Shown here: positions 21,701 to 30,592 of the stretch, one piece after another
Layout: the number at the start of each line of letters is the position of its first letter
How positions within the stretch are numbered: the stretch's first letter is position 1
Virus record (IMG/VR): IMGVR_UViG_3300030419_000485
Coordinates: 1 to 54,115 of that record
Reading direction: 5' to 3' (one strand)
DNA: 54,115 nt
Source of the DNA: a virus
Lineage: Duplodnaviria; Caudoviricetes
The notes under the pieces: model-generated
The model's database searches: none
Told to the model about the DNA's origin: nothing
Seen by the model: only the letters and a program-made list of their open reading frames with translations
Position numbers and translations under genes: made by a program

Positions 21701-23818
21701 GAGAGTTAAACAAGCACCGTTAAATGCAATTTTTCTTGTAGCGTTATAATTCGGGTGATCAAGAGAATACTCATTAGCGTTAGTCTTAAATTTCATATTG
21801 TAACGGGTACCAGCAGCTCCAGCTTCACGGTTTTGGTACACGCAAACAGAAAGATCCGTAGTACATACGGCACAAAGATAATTTCTATCAGCTCCTACAC
21901 CATCAGCAGTACCACCACCAGTTCTATGACCTACTTTACTATTTATAGCCCCAGCTAAAGCATGCATGCCATTCCATCTAGTAGCATACCAATCGATAAT
22001 AACATGCTTTACATTATTAATGCCATTATCTATTTCTCTTTGATTAAATTCTGTCCATGCCTGAAAGTTTACACCGGCTTCTCCACCTCCATCAGTATTG
22101 GTCTTAACCCCAAGCCAGTAGTATACCCACAAACCTCCATCATAAAGTAGAATATAATCCATTGATCCGCCACCATCAGCAACATACTTCCAACCCGGAC
22201 CAAGACCCCTATGATATCCGGAGGGAACCGGAACATCACCTGAAGCACTGCTTGACCAAGGTCTAGGATTATTAGCTGGGGTTACTCCGTTGGAATATCT
22301 GTGGCTTGCATAAAAATGAGCATCAGTAGCTGCTACTGAACTTATAAAGCCCATAGGATTAGCGTGTCCATACTTACCAGTATTAACAATTGTAGTTAAT
22401 CCGGGCTTGTTATCCCCCCACAGGGGGCCTACTCCGTGGGTTGGATAGCCTACTGCAATATCGGGCAGTGCTGGTAGTATTCTAGTACCTATAGATGTAT
22501 CTACCCAATCAGCTGCCTCATCCCCAAAGTATCCACTGTTTTCGTTTACCATTGCCTTTAGACGATTATAAGTACTAAAGTACGCTTCCCAATTTGCATC
22601 ATTACACCAAGAGCCGGTTCTAGTATTTTCCCCCATATTCATACCTTGCCAGATATAGTTTATAGATTGAACGCCGCCCAAGGGATCTATACCTCTAAGG
22701 GTAATTTGATTACCAAAATCTCTATTAGGGTAGTAACTTCCTAGGTTATCATCTGGATCAGGGTTATTCATTAAGGGTACAGAGTTATTAAAATCAATAA
22801 TAAGCTGACCTCCGGGATTCGATTCAACCAGCTCATACCACCATCTACCTCTACACTCTGAATAAGGATAAGTACCCTCACCATCAGGTGGTCCGCTATT
22901 TGGTATACCATCATCAATAGGATCGCCTAAATCAATAACTTGGCTGTTCCACACATAATCTTGGTACTCGGACCAGATTTCGGCTTTACCTTCACGATCA
23001 ACAGCAGACGCTGTGAGATAGGTGATATCAGCACCCTTAAAATCAACACTATAGTGCTCATTTGCCGGATACATAGATCCATCATACTTTTTCAGATACT
23101 CATCTTCAGTATTACGCCATAGATCTGTGTCACCAAATTTTTCTAAGCTTCCCTTATGTGTAGTAAACCCAGCTTCTACTTCTTTATTAAGGATAAGCGT
23201 GGACGATCCGATGTTTACCGTTTCCAATCTTTCCATAGCTGGAATTGGATTGGGGTTAAGTTCACCGTAGTTATAAGTACCTCCGTACTGAAGATATTCA
23301 TATGTCTTCCAGTCCATATTACTCCAACCAGCCTGCGGGCTATTAGGATCTGCACCTGTTGGAATTATAGTTACATCGACAGAACCAATGTTATCTTTTT
23401 GTGTTGGATCATCAGTTTCTACAAATTTATAAGCCTTAAAAGCCTCTTCAGGTACTTCAAAATATGATTCATCGGGATCCACGCCGGATGGAGGGGGAAG
23501 GACTTCTAGATACTCTACTTCCATACCAGTATCAATTACCAATAAGATACTAGTTTTAGCATCCACTGTTAGCCAACTAAAGTAGACTTGATCTATACCT
23601 CCCGGTGAAGAGTTGATGCTTAGACCGCCAATATTGGCAACCATTTCAGTACCATTTCTTTTATCTAAAGAAGATTGGGTGGTGCAGAAAAAGTTAGTCA
23701 AAGCGTCACACTCAGTGGGCAGCCTTTTTGATGGAATCTGCCGACCAACGCCACCGCTAAGGGTAAAGATGGGTATTTTTACTGGGAAATATGATTGTGC
23801 TCTAGTTGCTCTAGCCAT
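18764..23818 (-). CDS. Tail tubular protein B / nozzle (gp12-like), enlarged to ~1684 aa
   Basis: Start MARATRAQ at 23818. N-terminal TLSGGVGRQ..R motif; C-terminal YRDRLFL..SRSGDWDNFF..DSDPLD and QNAFFDW motifs; follows tail tube A. Confidence 0.85.
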   Translation of the reverse strand: MARATRAQSYFPVKIPIFTLSGGVGRQIPSKRLPTECDALTNFFCTTQSSLDKRNGTEMVANIGGLSINSSPGGIDQVYFSWLTVDAKTSILLVIDTGMEVEYLEVLPPPSGVDPDESYFEVPEEAFKAYKFVETDDPTQKDNIGSVDVTIIPTGADPNSPQAGWSNMDWKTYEYLQYGGTYNYGELNPNPIPAMERLETVNIGSSTLILNKEVEAGFTTHKGSLEKFGDTDLWRNTEDEYLKKYDGSMYPANEHYSVDFKGADITYLTASAVDREGKAEIWSEYQDYVWNSQVIDLGDPIDDGIPNSGPPDGEGTYPYSECRGRWWYELVESNPGGQLIIDFNNSVPLMNNPDPDDNLGSYYPNRDFGNQITLRGIDPLGGVQSINYIWQGMNMGENTRTGSWCNDANWEAYFSTYNRLKAMVNENSGYFGDEAADWVDTSIGTRILPALPDIAVGYPTHGVGPLWGDNKPGLTTIVNTGKYGHANPMGFISSVAATDAHFYASHRYSNGVTPANNPRPWSSSASGDVPVPSGYHRGLGPGWKYVADGGGSMDYILLYDGGLWVYYWLGVKTNTDGGGEAGVNFQAWTEFNQREIDNGINNVKHVIIDWYATRWNGMHALAGAINSKVGHRTGGGTADGVGADRNYLCAVCTTDLSVCVYQNREAGAAGTRYNMKFKTNANEYSLDHPNYNATRKIAFNGACLTLEQTNNGNEQQGSYTGALGKDQQWKNVDPMALATGMTGGGKNDGDERYSEAQKASGFADAAEFARAINLVQNSSLIAYANQKSINDTSEFAGRVIIQQKAHGSITNSRVWINSTVQNLNEYNDGTPITSQNDATADSGAIEGTSRYIGGTRTWNLQQYTASTIPNSFSSGKIGRSMGDKITNVWSNNQMDGSDDEQDFFGQYAGTESYPDDIVIGGKPTRFGIWKVREYIDTNQLPGPTNALLSDADNPMGSTLPPHQDRERWERVAVTKGDGLPLPNSPRNVEFWRKFIEGSPWEMVGDVSFSQFIPVEDYVYPNQDFIELGQSFKSFSDIQFPPDTTDLIAYNGGDAVKKVLESIYADDFPDTNDDIEWKQRNGAGKIIYLSQAFQQNTPGWYRIVRKDKAPYLKKIRTPGPRTTLDSRRMPQLLYSEFDADGVLRYYGGPVNWEQRENGDEESNRGPGIFFNPATDEPQESKITAMAYYRDRLFLANEDTIVASRSGDWDNFFIANVDNIVDSDPLDLRISSNNYTPVTHLVPFRDFLFVGTSGNTQYELTGSNNVISPLTAEFAPTAFYPMMPEVSPQSMNNNLFFYSKGQLFIYFGQRDLATEQAFEVSKHVPNYLPDKLHDTEASSYGSMLFALEKGRVSEAGDKWIPPKIYCYRNQISGEKVVQNAFFDWTTGELGQVVSPYDDNGLSYIDRHVQIHNMRSWGKYLYLIHSAKGRAVASSYHEMWVSRLNLSPHNIEIPRLDDMVHFSPSMLQGSIIYNPEENRTTFYLKAENDDGTDTTFRHPPVYDCIVTNSGEYLDITRGDAYSDFYFVYHIAGNYTYDVPENPDGTGAMVPYLSTVRFIGRKFKSSVTLSPIYLRDEANNITPGTLNLRSGVIQTYNSKAFDVEVNVNNRSKKTHNFVFNTTDDRWEEDWIGKGSNSGDISERQERFPILGFAEDVKITISSENPHPLNIASLQFTGKFKPITRYHNS

Positions 23819-24482
23819 TCCACGTTCTCCAATATCTGAATCTATCGGGGTCATTATAAGAACCACTTCTATTATGTATTGCCCTAAGCTTAGGAGTGCC
23901 TGATCCAAAAACTGTTCTTCGTTTATCATCAACATCGGCATTCTTGCCCTTAGCTGTATACAGAACCTCAAGTTCCTGTAGATATCGATCCGACTGCACA
24001 TCTCCTTGGACAATCATTTGATATTGACGAGCAGCCTGAGCCATAATAGCCCTCTGAACCACAGTATCCATATCCTTCCAAGCAATCTTAATAACCATTT
24101 CCACCCAATAGTCTACATTTTCCTTCCAAATATCTGTTTGGTCGGTAACATTAAACAAAAACTGAGTAGATCCATTGGTATCGTTAGTGGATCTTGCAAC
24201 GCCGATGATTCTATACCCATCATCATTATCATGATCTGATATTAACTCGCCAGAAAGGACATTTGATCCCAATTGAATCTGTCCCGGCTCACTAATATTA
24301 TATTTTTTATTATATTTATTATTAGCAAGGCCACGGAACTGGTAATCCGTAAGCATTCTATCAAGGACACCTCGACAAACGCCGGTATCAATACCGCCAA
24401 GATCATCAAGATTATCTACCGTGGATTCACCTGCCATCAAAAGCATGTGATTAATAGCATCAAGCTTAGATATCATACCCAT
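23811..24482 (-). CDS. Tail tubular protein A (gp11-like)
   Basis: SKLDAINHMLLMAGE N-terminal signature and AARQYQ motif; directly downstream of the capsid gene. Confidence 0.9.
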   Translation of the reverse strand: MGMISKLDAINHMLLMAGESTVDNLDDLGGIDTGVCRGVLDRMLTDYQFRGLANNKYNKKYNISEPGQIQLGSNVLSGELISDHDNDDGYRIIGVARSTNDTNGSTQFLFNVTDQTDIWKENVDYWVEMVIKIAWKDMDTVVQRAIMAQAARQYQMIVQGDVQSDRYLQELEVLYTAKGKNADVDDKRRTVFGSGTPKLRAIHNRSGSYNDPDRFRYWRTWNG

Positions 24483-24510
24483 GGTAGTCCTCCTGTAGTT
24501 AAGGGTTAAT

Positions 24511-24540
24511 CCTCCCTAGGCCCGTTAAGACCTAGGGAGG
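24511..24540 (-). terminator. Stem-loop after the capsid gene (T-phi-like position)
   Basis: Perfect 10-bp inverted repeat CCTCCCTAGG/CCTAGGGAGG; only a weak U-tract follows. Confidence 0.65.
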
Positions 24541-24581
24541 TGGTGTTCGGTACGTAGAATAATACTACGCTAAGAACAAGA

Positions 24582-25841
24582 TCAGCCAGCCTCATACTCA
24601 CCGATGCCGGTATCACAGTGAGCAGCCGTAGCATGCTCAGAACGCTGGTTCCAATCCGTGTGATTGACCTGCTTGGTCGTAATGATAGCTGCACACTCAG
24701 GACGCAGAACGCCCGTACCGCTCATCATCGACGCAACAGTGAACGTGGTGTTACGGCGGATATCATCAACCGTATCAACCTTCAGGCCTTGCAGACGAAT
24801 ACCTGCAATGGCATCTGGAGTCCACATAACAGCACGAATACCACGGATCTGATCCGCAGCGTCATCGCCAGAATCACCCAAACTGAAGTCTAAGTTGTAC
24901 TTAGCCTCACCGAGATCAGTACCACTGCCGCTATCATACTTATCACGAAGCTGATCAGAACCATGATTGGTCTTGATGATGGTACAACCCATGTACTCAA
25001 GACTATCATGCATCTGACCCATGCCTTGTGTGAATGGCGAACCAAGACCACCGGCCTGAGCAACACCACCAAACATTGGCTGGGCATCCTTAGCATCAGA
25101 CGCAGTGCGAGCCACGCCAAGCGCACGGATGTCCATGAAGCAAGCGGGGCTCACTGCCATGTACAAGTTACCGTAAGGGATGTTATTCTCCTGAAGGAAG
25201 ACAATATAGTCTTCGATCTTTGACAGAGCAGTCAACGCACCAGCAGCACGCTGATCTGCGGTAGCACCAGAAGCACCCCAGTTAAGAATATTGTCACCAT
25301 CGCCATCTAACGAACCATAAAGAGCACTGTCCAAGTTCATCGAGGGACGGGGATCAGCACCAATTTGGCTCGTCATAGCCGCACGGCAAAGATAAGAATA
25401 AAGCTGCTTGTCTCTGGTGTTAGCCAAAGTCAATGCAGCCTGACGTGCGAGCTCTGAACGATACTCCCACTGCGTGAGCATAAGGTCGATGTTATCAACC
25501 TCGAAGTGAGCGGCCATAGGACGCTTGTCAAGGGTAACCTTGAACGTCGTTGCAGTGGAGTTCTCACCACCGATAAGCTCTTCACCAGCAGCCCACGTAG
25601 GCTTCAGTGACACGGTACCCGTGATGGGGAATTCCATCGTGGTGCCGCTAGAGATCGTCTTAGTTCCGACAAGTCCTTCAAACATGTTGTACTCGTCGTA
25701 TGCATTAATTACTTCGCCAGCCCAAATCGGAAGCCAAAGCTTACCGGGTGGGTTGGCACCACTGGCTGCATTGCCAGTATTACTTCTATAAACCAGATTA
25801 TCTTGTGCGATATCCAGTCCTTGATTACTACCATATGCCAT
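24582..25841 (-). CDS. Major capsid protein (gp10-like)
   Basis: LWLPIWAGEV, KTISSGTTMEFP, RSELARQAALTLANTRD and GTGVLRPECA motifs; strong AAGGAG RBS. Confidence 0.95.
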   Translation of the reverse strand: MAYGSNQGLDIAQDNLVYRSNTGNAASGANPPGKLWLPIWAGEVINAYDEYNMFEGLVGTKTISSGTTMEFPITGTVSLKPTWAAGEELIGGENSTATTFKVTLDKRPMAAHFEVDNIDLMLTQWEYRSELARQAALTLANTRDKQLYSYLCRAAMTSQIGADPRPSMNLDSALYGSLDGDGDNILNWGASGATADQRAAGALTALSKIEDYIVFLQENNIPYGNLYMAVSPACFMDIRALGVARTASDAKDAQPMFGGVAQAGGLGSPFTQGMGQMHDSLEYMGCTIIKTNHGSDQLRDKYDSGSGTDLGEAKYNLDFSLGDSGDDAADQIRGIRAVMWTPDAIAGIRLQGLKVDTVDDIRRNTTFTVASMMSGTGVLRPECAAIITTKQVNHTDWNQRSEHATAAHCDTGIGEYEAG

Positions 25842-26023
25842 GGTTATTTCTCCTTTAAAAGAAATGTAAAACTATTAATTAAAAAGCGGAATTAATTTTT
25901 AGTTTCGATTGTTCCTTGTGGAGTCTCATACTAATGGCTCAGGATAGTTCTGACATTACCTTGCCCTTTATCCAAAGGGGAGGCGTGGTCAACTTAATCA
26001 GTTGCCTGTGGGTCCGCGAAACC
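25842..26023 (-). promoter_or_regulatory. Structured leader upstream of the capsid gene
   Basis: Run of short hairpins at 26010-26024, 25990-26004, 25964-25979, 25907-25925 and 25874-25896. Confidence 0.45.
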
Positions 26024-26977
26024 CTAGTGTGGTAGACCGTTCCAGTCTGTGATAGACATTCTTTGCTCTACCATTTGCCTAAACTTAGGCTCTAAAGAAA
26101 ACTTAGGATCGTTTCTTTCAGCCTTAAACTCCCGAGAGTTTGCGTATGGCTTAATACCAGTCTCGCTGGCAGCCACTTGCTTTAGCTGTGGATTTTGCGC
26201 AGGTTCCGCAGCCTTCTGGGAGGTTACAGCTTGGTCATACATAGATGATAATCCACGAAGGGTCACCTCATATGACGGCGAAGCCAATCCTATGTTTATC
26301 ATTTGAAGATCTTCAGCAGTCAAAGACTGTGAAGCCCAATCAAAAATCTGTTGTAGTCTCTGCTGTCCCCCAACTACGTTGGAAGCCTTAGCAAAGTTCT
26401 CACGAAGCCTAGCCTTCTGGCCAGACACATAATCATCAATCATTTTTTCAGTAAAACCAGTCTTCGTCTTAATCTCGTTTCTAGTCTCTTCTGAAATCTC
26501 TCCAGTAGAAGCCATTTCCATAGCCCAAGCTTCATAAGTTTCTTGGGTTACTCCAATATTAGCAGCCTCTACTGCATTAGCCTCTTCTTGTACCTGTTTC
26601 TGGATACGAAGTTCTGGGCTATCTGAGGTAATAAGCTGTTCTGGTTCAGCAACAACTTCCGGCTGAGTTTCTTCAGGCGGTGGTGCAGAACCCTGTTGAG
26701 CGTATTGCTCCTTAAGTGCCGCAATTTCTTGTTGGCCTCTTGTATAATTAGCCTGTGCTTCCTTAAGACTAGAGAACCAAGCCTCTGCATCCTTAAAGTT
26801 TTCAGGAATGGGTTGACCTGTATGCTCTACATAAGTCTTAAATGCTTTCTTTTCCGCTTCTTCCTGAGCGTTTTCAACTGCCCCTGTTGGGAAAGTAACT
26901 GAAGCCGCATCAGGCTTTTGCGCTTCGATGTTAAGCTGAGTCCCGTCAGAGGATTGTTCAACTTGTTCATTAGACAT
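26024..26977 (-). CDS. Capsid assembly scaffolding protein (gp9-like)
   Basis: Acidic; IPENFKDAE, VGGQQRLQQIFDWA and NDPKFSLEPKFRQMVEQR motifs; upstream of the capsid gene. Confidence 0.88.
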   Translation of the reverse strand: MSNEQVEQSSDGTQLNIEAQKPDAASVTFPTGAVENAQEEAEKKAFKTYVEHTGQPIPENFKDAEAWFSSLKEAQANYTRGQQEIAALKEQYAQQGSAPPPEETQPEVVAEPEQLITSDSPELRIQKQVQEEANAVEAANIGVTQETYEAWAMEMASTGEISEETRNEIKTKTGFTEKMIDDYVSGQKARLRENFAKASNVVGGQQRLQQIFDWASQSLTAEDLQMINIGLASPSYEVTLRGLSSMYDQAVTSQKAAEPAQNPQLKQVAASETGIKPYANSREFKAERNDPKFSLEPKFRQMVEQRMSITDWNGLPH

Positions 26978-26991
26978 AAATCACAAACTCC

Positions 26992-28695
26992 TTATGTTGT
27001 ATAATTCTTAGTAACCGCAGCAGTTTTTGCATCTCGGTTATCTATTTTACTTTTTAAATTGATAGAAGACGCAGAGATAGCTTCCTTAGGAGCGTCTGCT
27101 CTTTTAGGATTGTCTTTGTAAGGGTGATCGGACTCTAGCTTACCTGTTAAGCCATACTTATGTGCGAGATATCCTTCGATGTCTTGTCGTTCCGTATCAC
27201 TCATACTAGTCTTGGCCCACATAAATTCATATAGAATACCGTCCCAAAACTCATTCATTTGACTATATGTGATACCTCCGAGTCCTTTCGTTGACGGTTC
27301 TGTAGCCCCAAACAGAACATCCCTATCGTTGGTTACACTCCCGGTTGCATCCGCAGACTCATTGACTACCTCAACTCCGTTCACCCACATCTTAACAGTA
27401 ATGCTGCTTCGTAAGAAACAAACAATAAACAAACCATCAGCAGATGCAATTGCGGTATCTTCGTGTGTCTTACCAGCTAGTCTGAGTACGAATTTATAAT
27501 CACTAGAATCGTCCACCCCAAGCTCAACTCCTTCGTCCCCTCCTTTTGAGAATATAACATAATGCCCCCCACTGTTTGTTGTACCCTTAGCATTAACTAC
27601 AACAGCACCAAATAAGTTACTTGATGGCACCCCACCCCCAACTCCACAATCAAAGTCTGAACCTACAGACGAGTCAGGAATACTAAGATAGTCCGGTAAA
27701 GTAGTTCCCCCACTAAACTGAATTCCCTTGTGTCCATTTAGGGTAGCACTAAAAGTAGGAATCCTATTATCATCTATATTTTGCTCGGCATTATAAGACC
27801 CTAGCCTATCTTCAGCCCTATATATCTTATCCTCAGCCCCACTATCAGTGTAGGTTATAATAAGTTTTGGCCTATCAGCAGCAGTACTATCATTAGAAGA
27901 GTTGTATCTCATACGACGATTGCCGCTTAATGTTCCAGCCATAGTTAATTCGTATGCTGAACCAATTAGAATCCGAAGAGCACCACTCCTATTATCTATA
28001 GCATCTTGACAAAGCTCAACAAACTCAGAATTGTTGATTGTTAAATTTCCCCCACTTGTAGTAGTATTGCTAACGATATCAGTAGAGTAATCTCCACCAG
28101 CAGAAGACCAAGAATTTGAACCATCATAATCATTCCAAGTTGCGGATTCTGTAAAAGACTCTTGTGTAATTCTTAGAACCCTAACTGTAATTGAATCATC
28201 TACTTCATCTGTATGTTCGGTAAGTGTTAAAGAAGCTGAAGTAATAACAGCAGTAGCTGGTAATTCAGTTAAATCCCAATACATGGCTGTTCTTACTCGT
28301 GTCCCCCCTTTGTTCCCAATTTGGATTACAGAACCCGTAGCAAAACTGCTGTCAGAAAGACCTGCGTGAAACATAGTATCTATAGCAGATGACTCATCAG
28401 GCTGTTCTGTTTCAGTTGTACTACTAGTGGCAGATAACGGATGAAAATACTCTGGTTGATACCAACAACTTAAGGATAAATCCGAAGGAGTCCACACTGG
28501 ACCTAAGTTAATATCCCATTTAGTATCCCAGTCTTCGGGTACACGATAGTTTCGGTTTTCCAATAAGTTTTCACGAAGAGATAAACAATATTTTCTAGTA
28601 CCCCGGCCAATCATTTGGTTGTGATTTATCTTTACACACGAACTATCGTCAGTACCTATAATTTCTATTCTTCTTATTGGAGTTCCCCTAAACAT
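26992..28695 (-). CDS. Structural/decoration protein: LamG/ConA-like domain with an inserted DNRLRE (CBM96-like) domain
   Basis: WDLTELPATAVITSASLTL, ESATWN..W..AGGD and RPKLIITY motifs; C-terminal IEGYLAHKYGL motif. Confidence 0.65.
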   Translation of the reverse strand: MFRGTPIRRIEIIGTDDSSCVKINHNQMIGRGTRKYCLSLRENLLENRNYRVPEDWDTKWDINLGPVWTPSDLSLSCWYQPEYFHPLSATSSTTETEQPDESSAIDTMFHAGLSDSSFATGSVIQIGNKGGTRVRTAMYWDLTELPATAVITSASLTLTEHTDEVDDSITVRVLRITQESFTESATWNDYDGSNSWSSAGGDYSTDIVSNTTTSGGNLTINNSEFVELCQDAIDNRSGALRILIGSAYELTMAGTLSGNRRMRYNSSNDSTAADRPKLIITYTDSGAEDKIYRAEDRLGSYNAEQNIDDNRIPTFSATLNGHKGIQFSGGTTLPDYLSIPDSSVGSDFDCGVGGGVPSSNLFGAVVVNAKGTTNSGGHYVIFSKGGDEGVELGVDDSSDYKFVLRLAGKTHEDTAIASADGLFIVCFLRSSITVKMWVNGVEVVNESADATGSVTNDRDVLFGATEPSTKGLGGITYSQMNEFWDGILYEFMWAKTSMSDTERQDIEGYLAHKYGLTGKLESDHPYKDNPKRADAPKEAISASSINLKSKIDNRDAKTAAVTKNYTT

Positions 28696-28908
28696 CTACA
28701 TTACCTTTCCAGCTAGGATATTAAATAAAGCGGTACATATAGCACTAAAGACAAATGTTGCTGCATAGACTTTAGTATCTAACACAGCCAGCCTGTTTTC
28801 TATCTTTGCTAATCTCTTATCAATAGTACCAAGTCTTTGATTTGATCTCTCTAGTTCATGCACGACATGAACTTTGTACTTTTCCCACCCATTATCGTTG
28901 ATATCCAT
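28696..28908 (-). CDS. 70-aa coiled-coil plus single TM protein (XhlA/holin-like)
   Basis: Heptad stretch RLGTIDKRLAKIENRLAVLD followed by hydrophobic VYAATFVFSAICTALFNILA. Confidence 0.55.
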   Translation of the reverse strand: MDINDNGWEKYKVHVVHELERSNQRLGTIDKRLAKIENRLAVLDTKVYAATFVFSAICTALFNILAGKVM

Positions 28909-28909
28909 A

Positions 28910-30589
28910 TCAAATACCAGACGTTTGCTTGACAACAACAACGCCGGTTGTCGAACCAAGGTCAGCACCATTGGAGTTAACAACCCATCGAATATAAGGA
29001 GCAATAGCTTGTGGGAACTCTACTTGAGCAAGCTTTAGTCCAGCAACATTAGGTTTAATGTCAGCAATAACTTCCACTGTGTCTGTCCAAGTAAGTCCAT
29101 CCAGAGATTGTTCGTATCCAAGGTTACAAAGAATTTCATTTACCCCACCACTAAACGCTGCTCTGGGGTTTACAGAAGAAATGTTTGGCCATGTACTGTT
29201 GTAAGTAATTTTAGAAGAATTTCCTACCGTACCCGCAGCGGTGTTTGTACAAGTAACCTGATTATTAGTAGAAGTAGCTGTAATACCCGGCACACCATTA
29301 TCAACATCATTAATAAGCTGTGCTAAATCATAAGCTGCGTATCTGGGACTATGTGCTCCATTGAATTGACCAGCCGCATAAGATCTGGAAGTAGCAGTAC
29401 CACCTGCGAAGGCAGTAGGAACGACAGGACTACAGTGGTCATCAAAAGCAATACCACCCGTAAAGGCAGCGGGAACATTTACAGAACATACTGAATTCCA
29501 ATGAGAAGCATTGTTGACGGTAATGGTTTTATTGCTTGTTGCCCCAGTAGCTCCCTGAACAAGGTCTACTTTCCCGGTAGAAGGGTTTGTAGCCGTAATA
29601 TCTAACGCTGCCTGAGCGTTAATCTTAGCAACTAAATCTGCTGCTGTTCCTGTGGCTCCACCACCTGCGGCAGCAATACCATTGACAGCAATATTACCGC
29701 CGGTTACACCATTATCCTCATTATCAATCTCAAATACTACAGATGTTCCATCAGTATCAACTAAAGTTATAGTAGATCCTTCATTAGGTTTATCTGAGAA
29801 TGTAAAGGTTGCGGTAGCAGCCGTAGCTGACTTTCCAATCGATGTATTACCAGCCGTTCCGGGAGTTCCTTGGAGAATTGTAATCTTACCAGCATCAGCT
29901 GTAGAATCAGTCTCGGAAACTACATTGGGAAACACAAGAAGCAAGTTACCATTAGTAGAATCACCATGACCATTGTTTGAAGTTATTGCAGCAGCAAGGT
30001 TGGCAGCAGCATCTTCTTTCTTGTCAGCATCTGATGCTGCCGTAGCATCCCATTGTGCAAACAGAACATCAGACCCATCTAAACTACCATTAGTAGTGCC
30101 AGCCGCCGCAGCCTTATACGTTTTTGACACAAGAGTTCCGGCAGGATCAGAAGCAATAAGAGTAATCGTTTGGTTAAGCTCAGCACCTTCACTAAATTCA
30201 AACGTAGCAGAAGCAACTTCACCAGTAGTATCTCGTGAGAAGGTTCTTACGGTACCATCAAGAGAAGACGTAAATGTGATTGTAGGAGTAGTAGTCTGGG
30301 CAGATTCCAGAGTAGTCTTAGAAGTAGTTAGAGAGAAGCTATTAGTGGCAGAAACACCAGCTGTTCCACTACCTGAAAAGGCGGTCTCAACAGACACGCC
30401 CGCAAGAACAGAAACACCACCAGTTGTAGCTGTACCCTTAATACCCAAGGCAGTTGAGTTTATATTATCAGTAACAATCTTATTTGTCTTCGACGATAAT
30501 GCTGTCGAAGGGGCTGACTCATAAATAGTTTGTCCTTGAACTGTGGTTTTTGTAACCGAAGCTCGTTGTGAATCTGTTGTAATTGGCAT
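28910..30589 (-). CDS. T/A/S/G-rich structural protein with three repeated modules (head spike/decoration candidate)
   Basis: Three A-x-x-L-x-x-x-I-N-type helices and three AF(T/A/S)GG module ends; between portal and scaffold. Confidence 0.6.
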   Translation of the reverse strand: MPITTDSQRASVTKTTVQGQTIYESAPSTALSSKTNKIVTDNINSTALGIKGTATTGGVSVLAGVSVETAFSGSGTAGVSATNSFSLTTSKTTLESAQTTTPTITFTSSLDGTVRTFSRDTTGEVASATFEFSEGAELNQTITLIASDPAGTLVSKTYKAAAAGTTNGSLDGSDVLFAQWDATAASDADKKEDAAANLAAAITSNNGHGDSTNGNLLLVFPNVVSETDSTADAGKITILQGTPGTAGNTSIGKSATAATATFTFSDKPNEGSTITLVDTDGTSVVFEIDNEDNGVTGGNIAVNGIAAAGGGATGTAADLVAKINAQAALDITATNPSTGKVDLVQGATGATSNKTITVNNASHWNSVCSVNVPAAFTGGIAFDDHCSPVVPTAFAGGTATSRSYAAGQFNGAHSPRYAAYDLAQLINDVDNGVPGITATSTNNQVTCTNTAAGTVGNSSKITYNSTWPNISSVNPRAAFSGGVNEILCNLGYEQSLDGLTWTDTVEVIADIKPNVAGLKLAQVEFPQAIAPYIRWVVNSNGADLGSTTGVVVVKQTSGI

Positions 30590-30592
30590 TTA

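Noticed and set aside
23819-24013. Upstream extension of tail tube B to 1749 aa
   Set aside because: It overlaps tail tube A by ~200 nt; the conserved gp12 N-terminus begins at the ATG at 23818.
24506-24694. Alternative-frame ORF spanning the capsid stop (possible gp10B-like frameshift)
   Set aside because: No slippery sequence seen; the extension would add only ~25 aa and runs through the hairpin.
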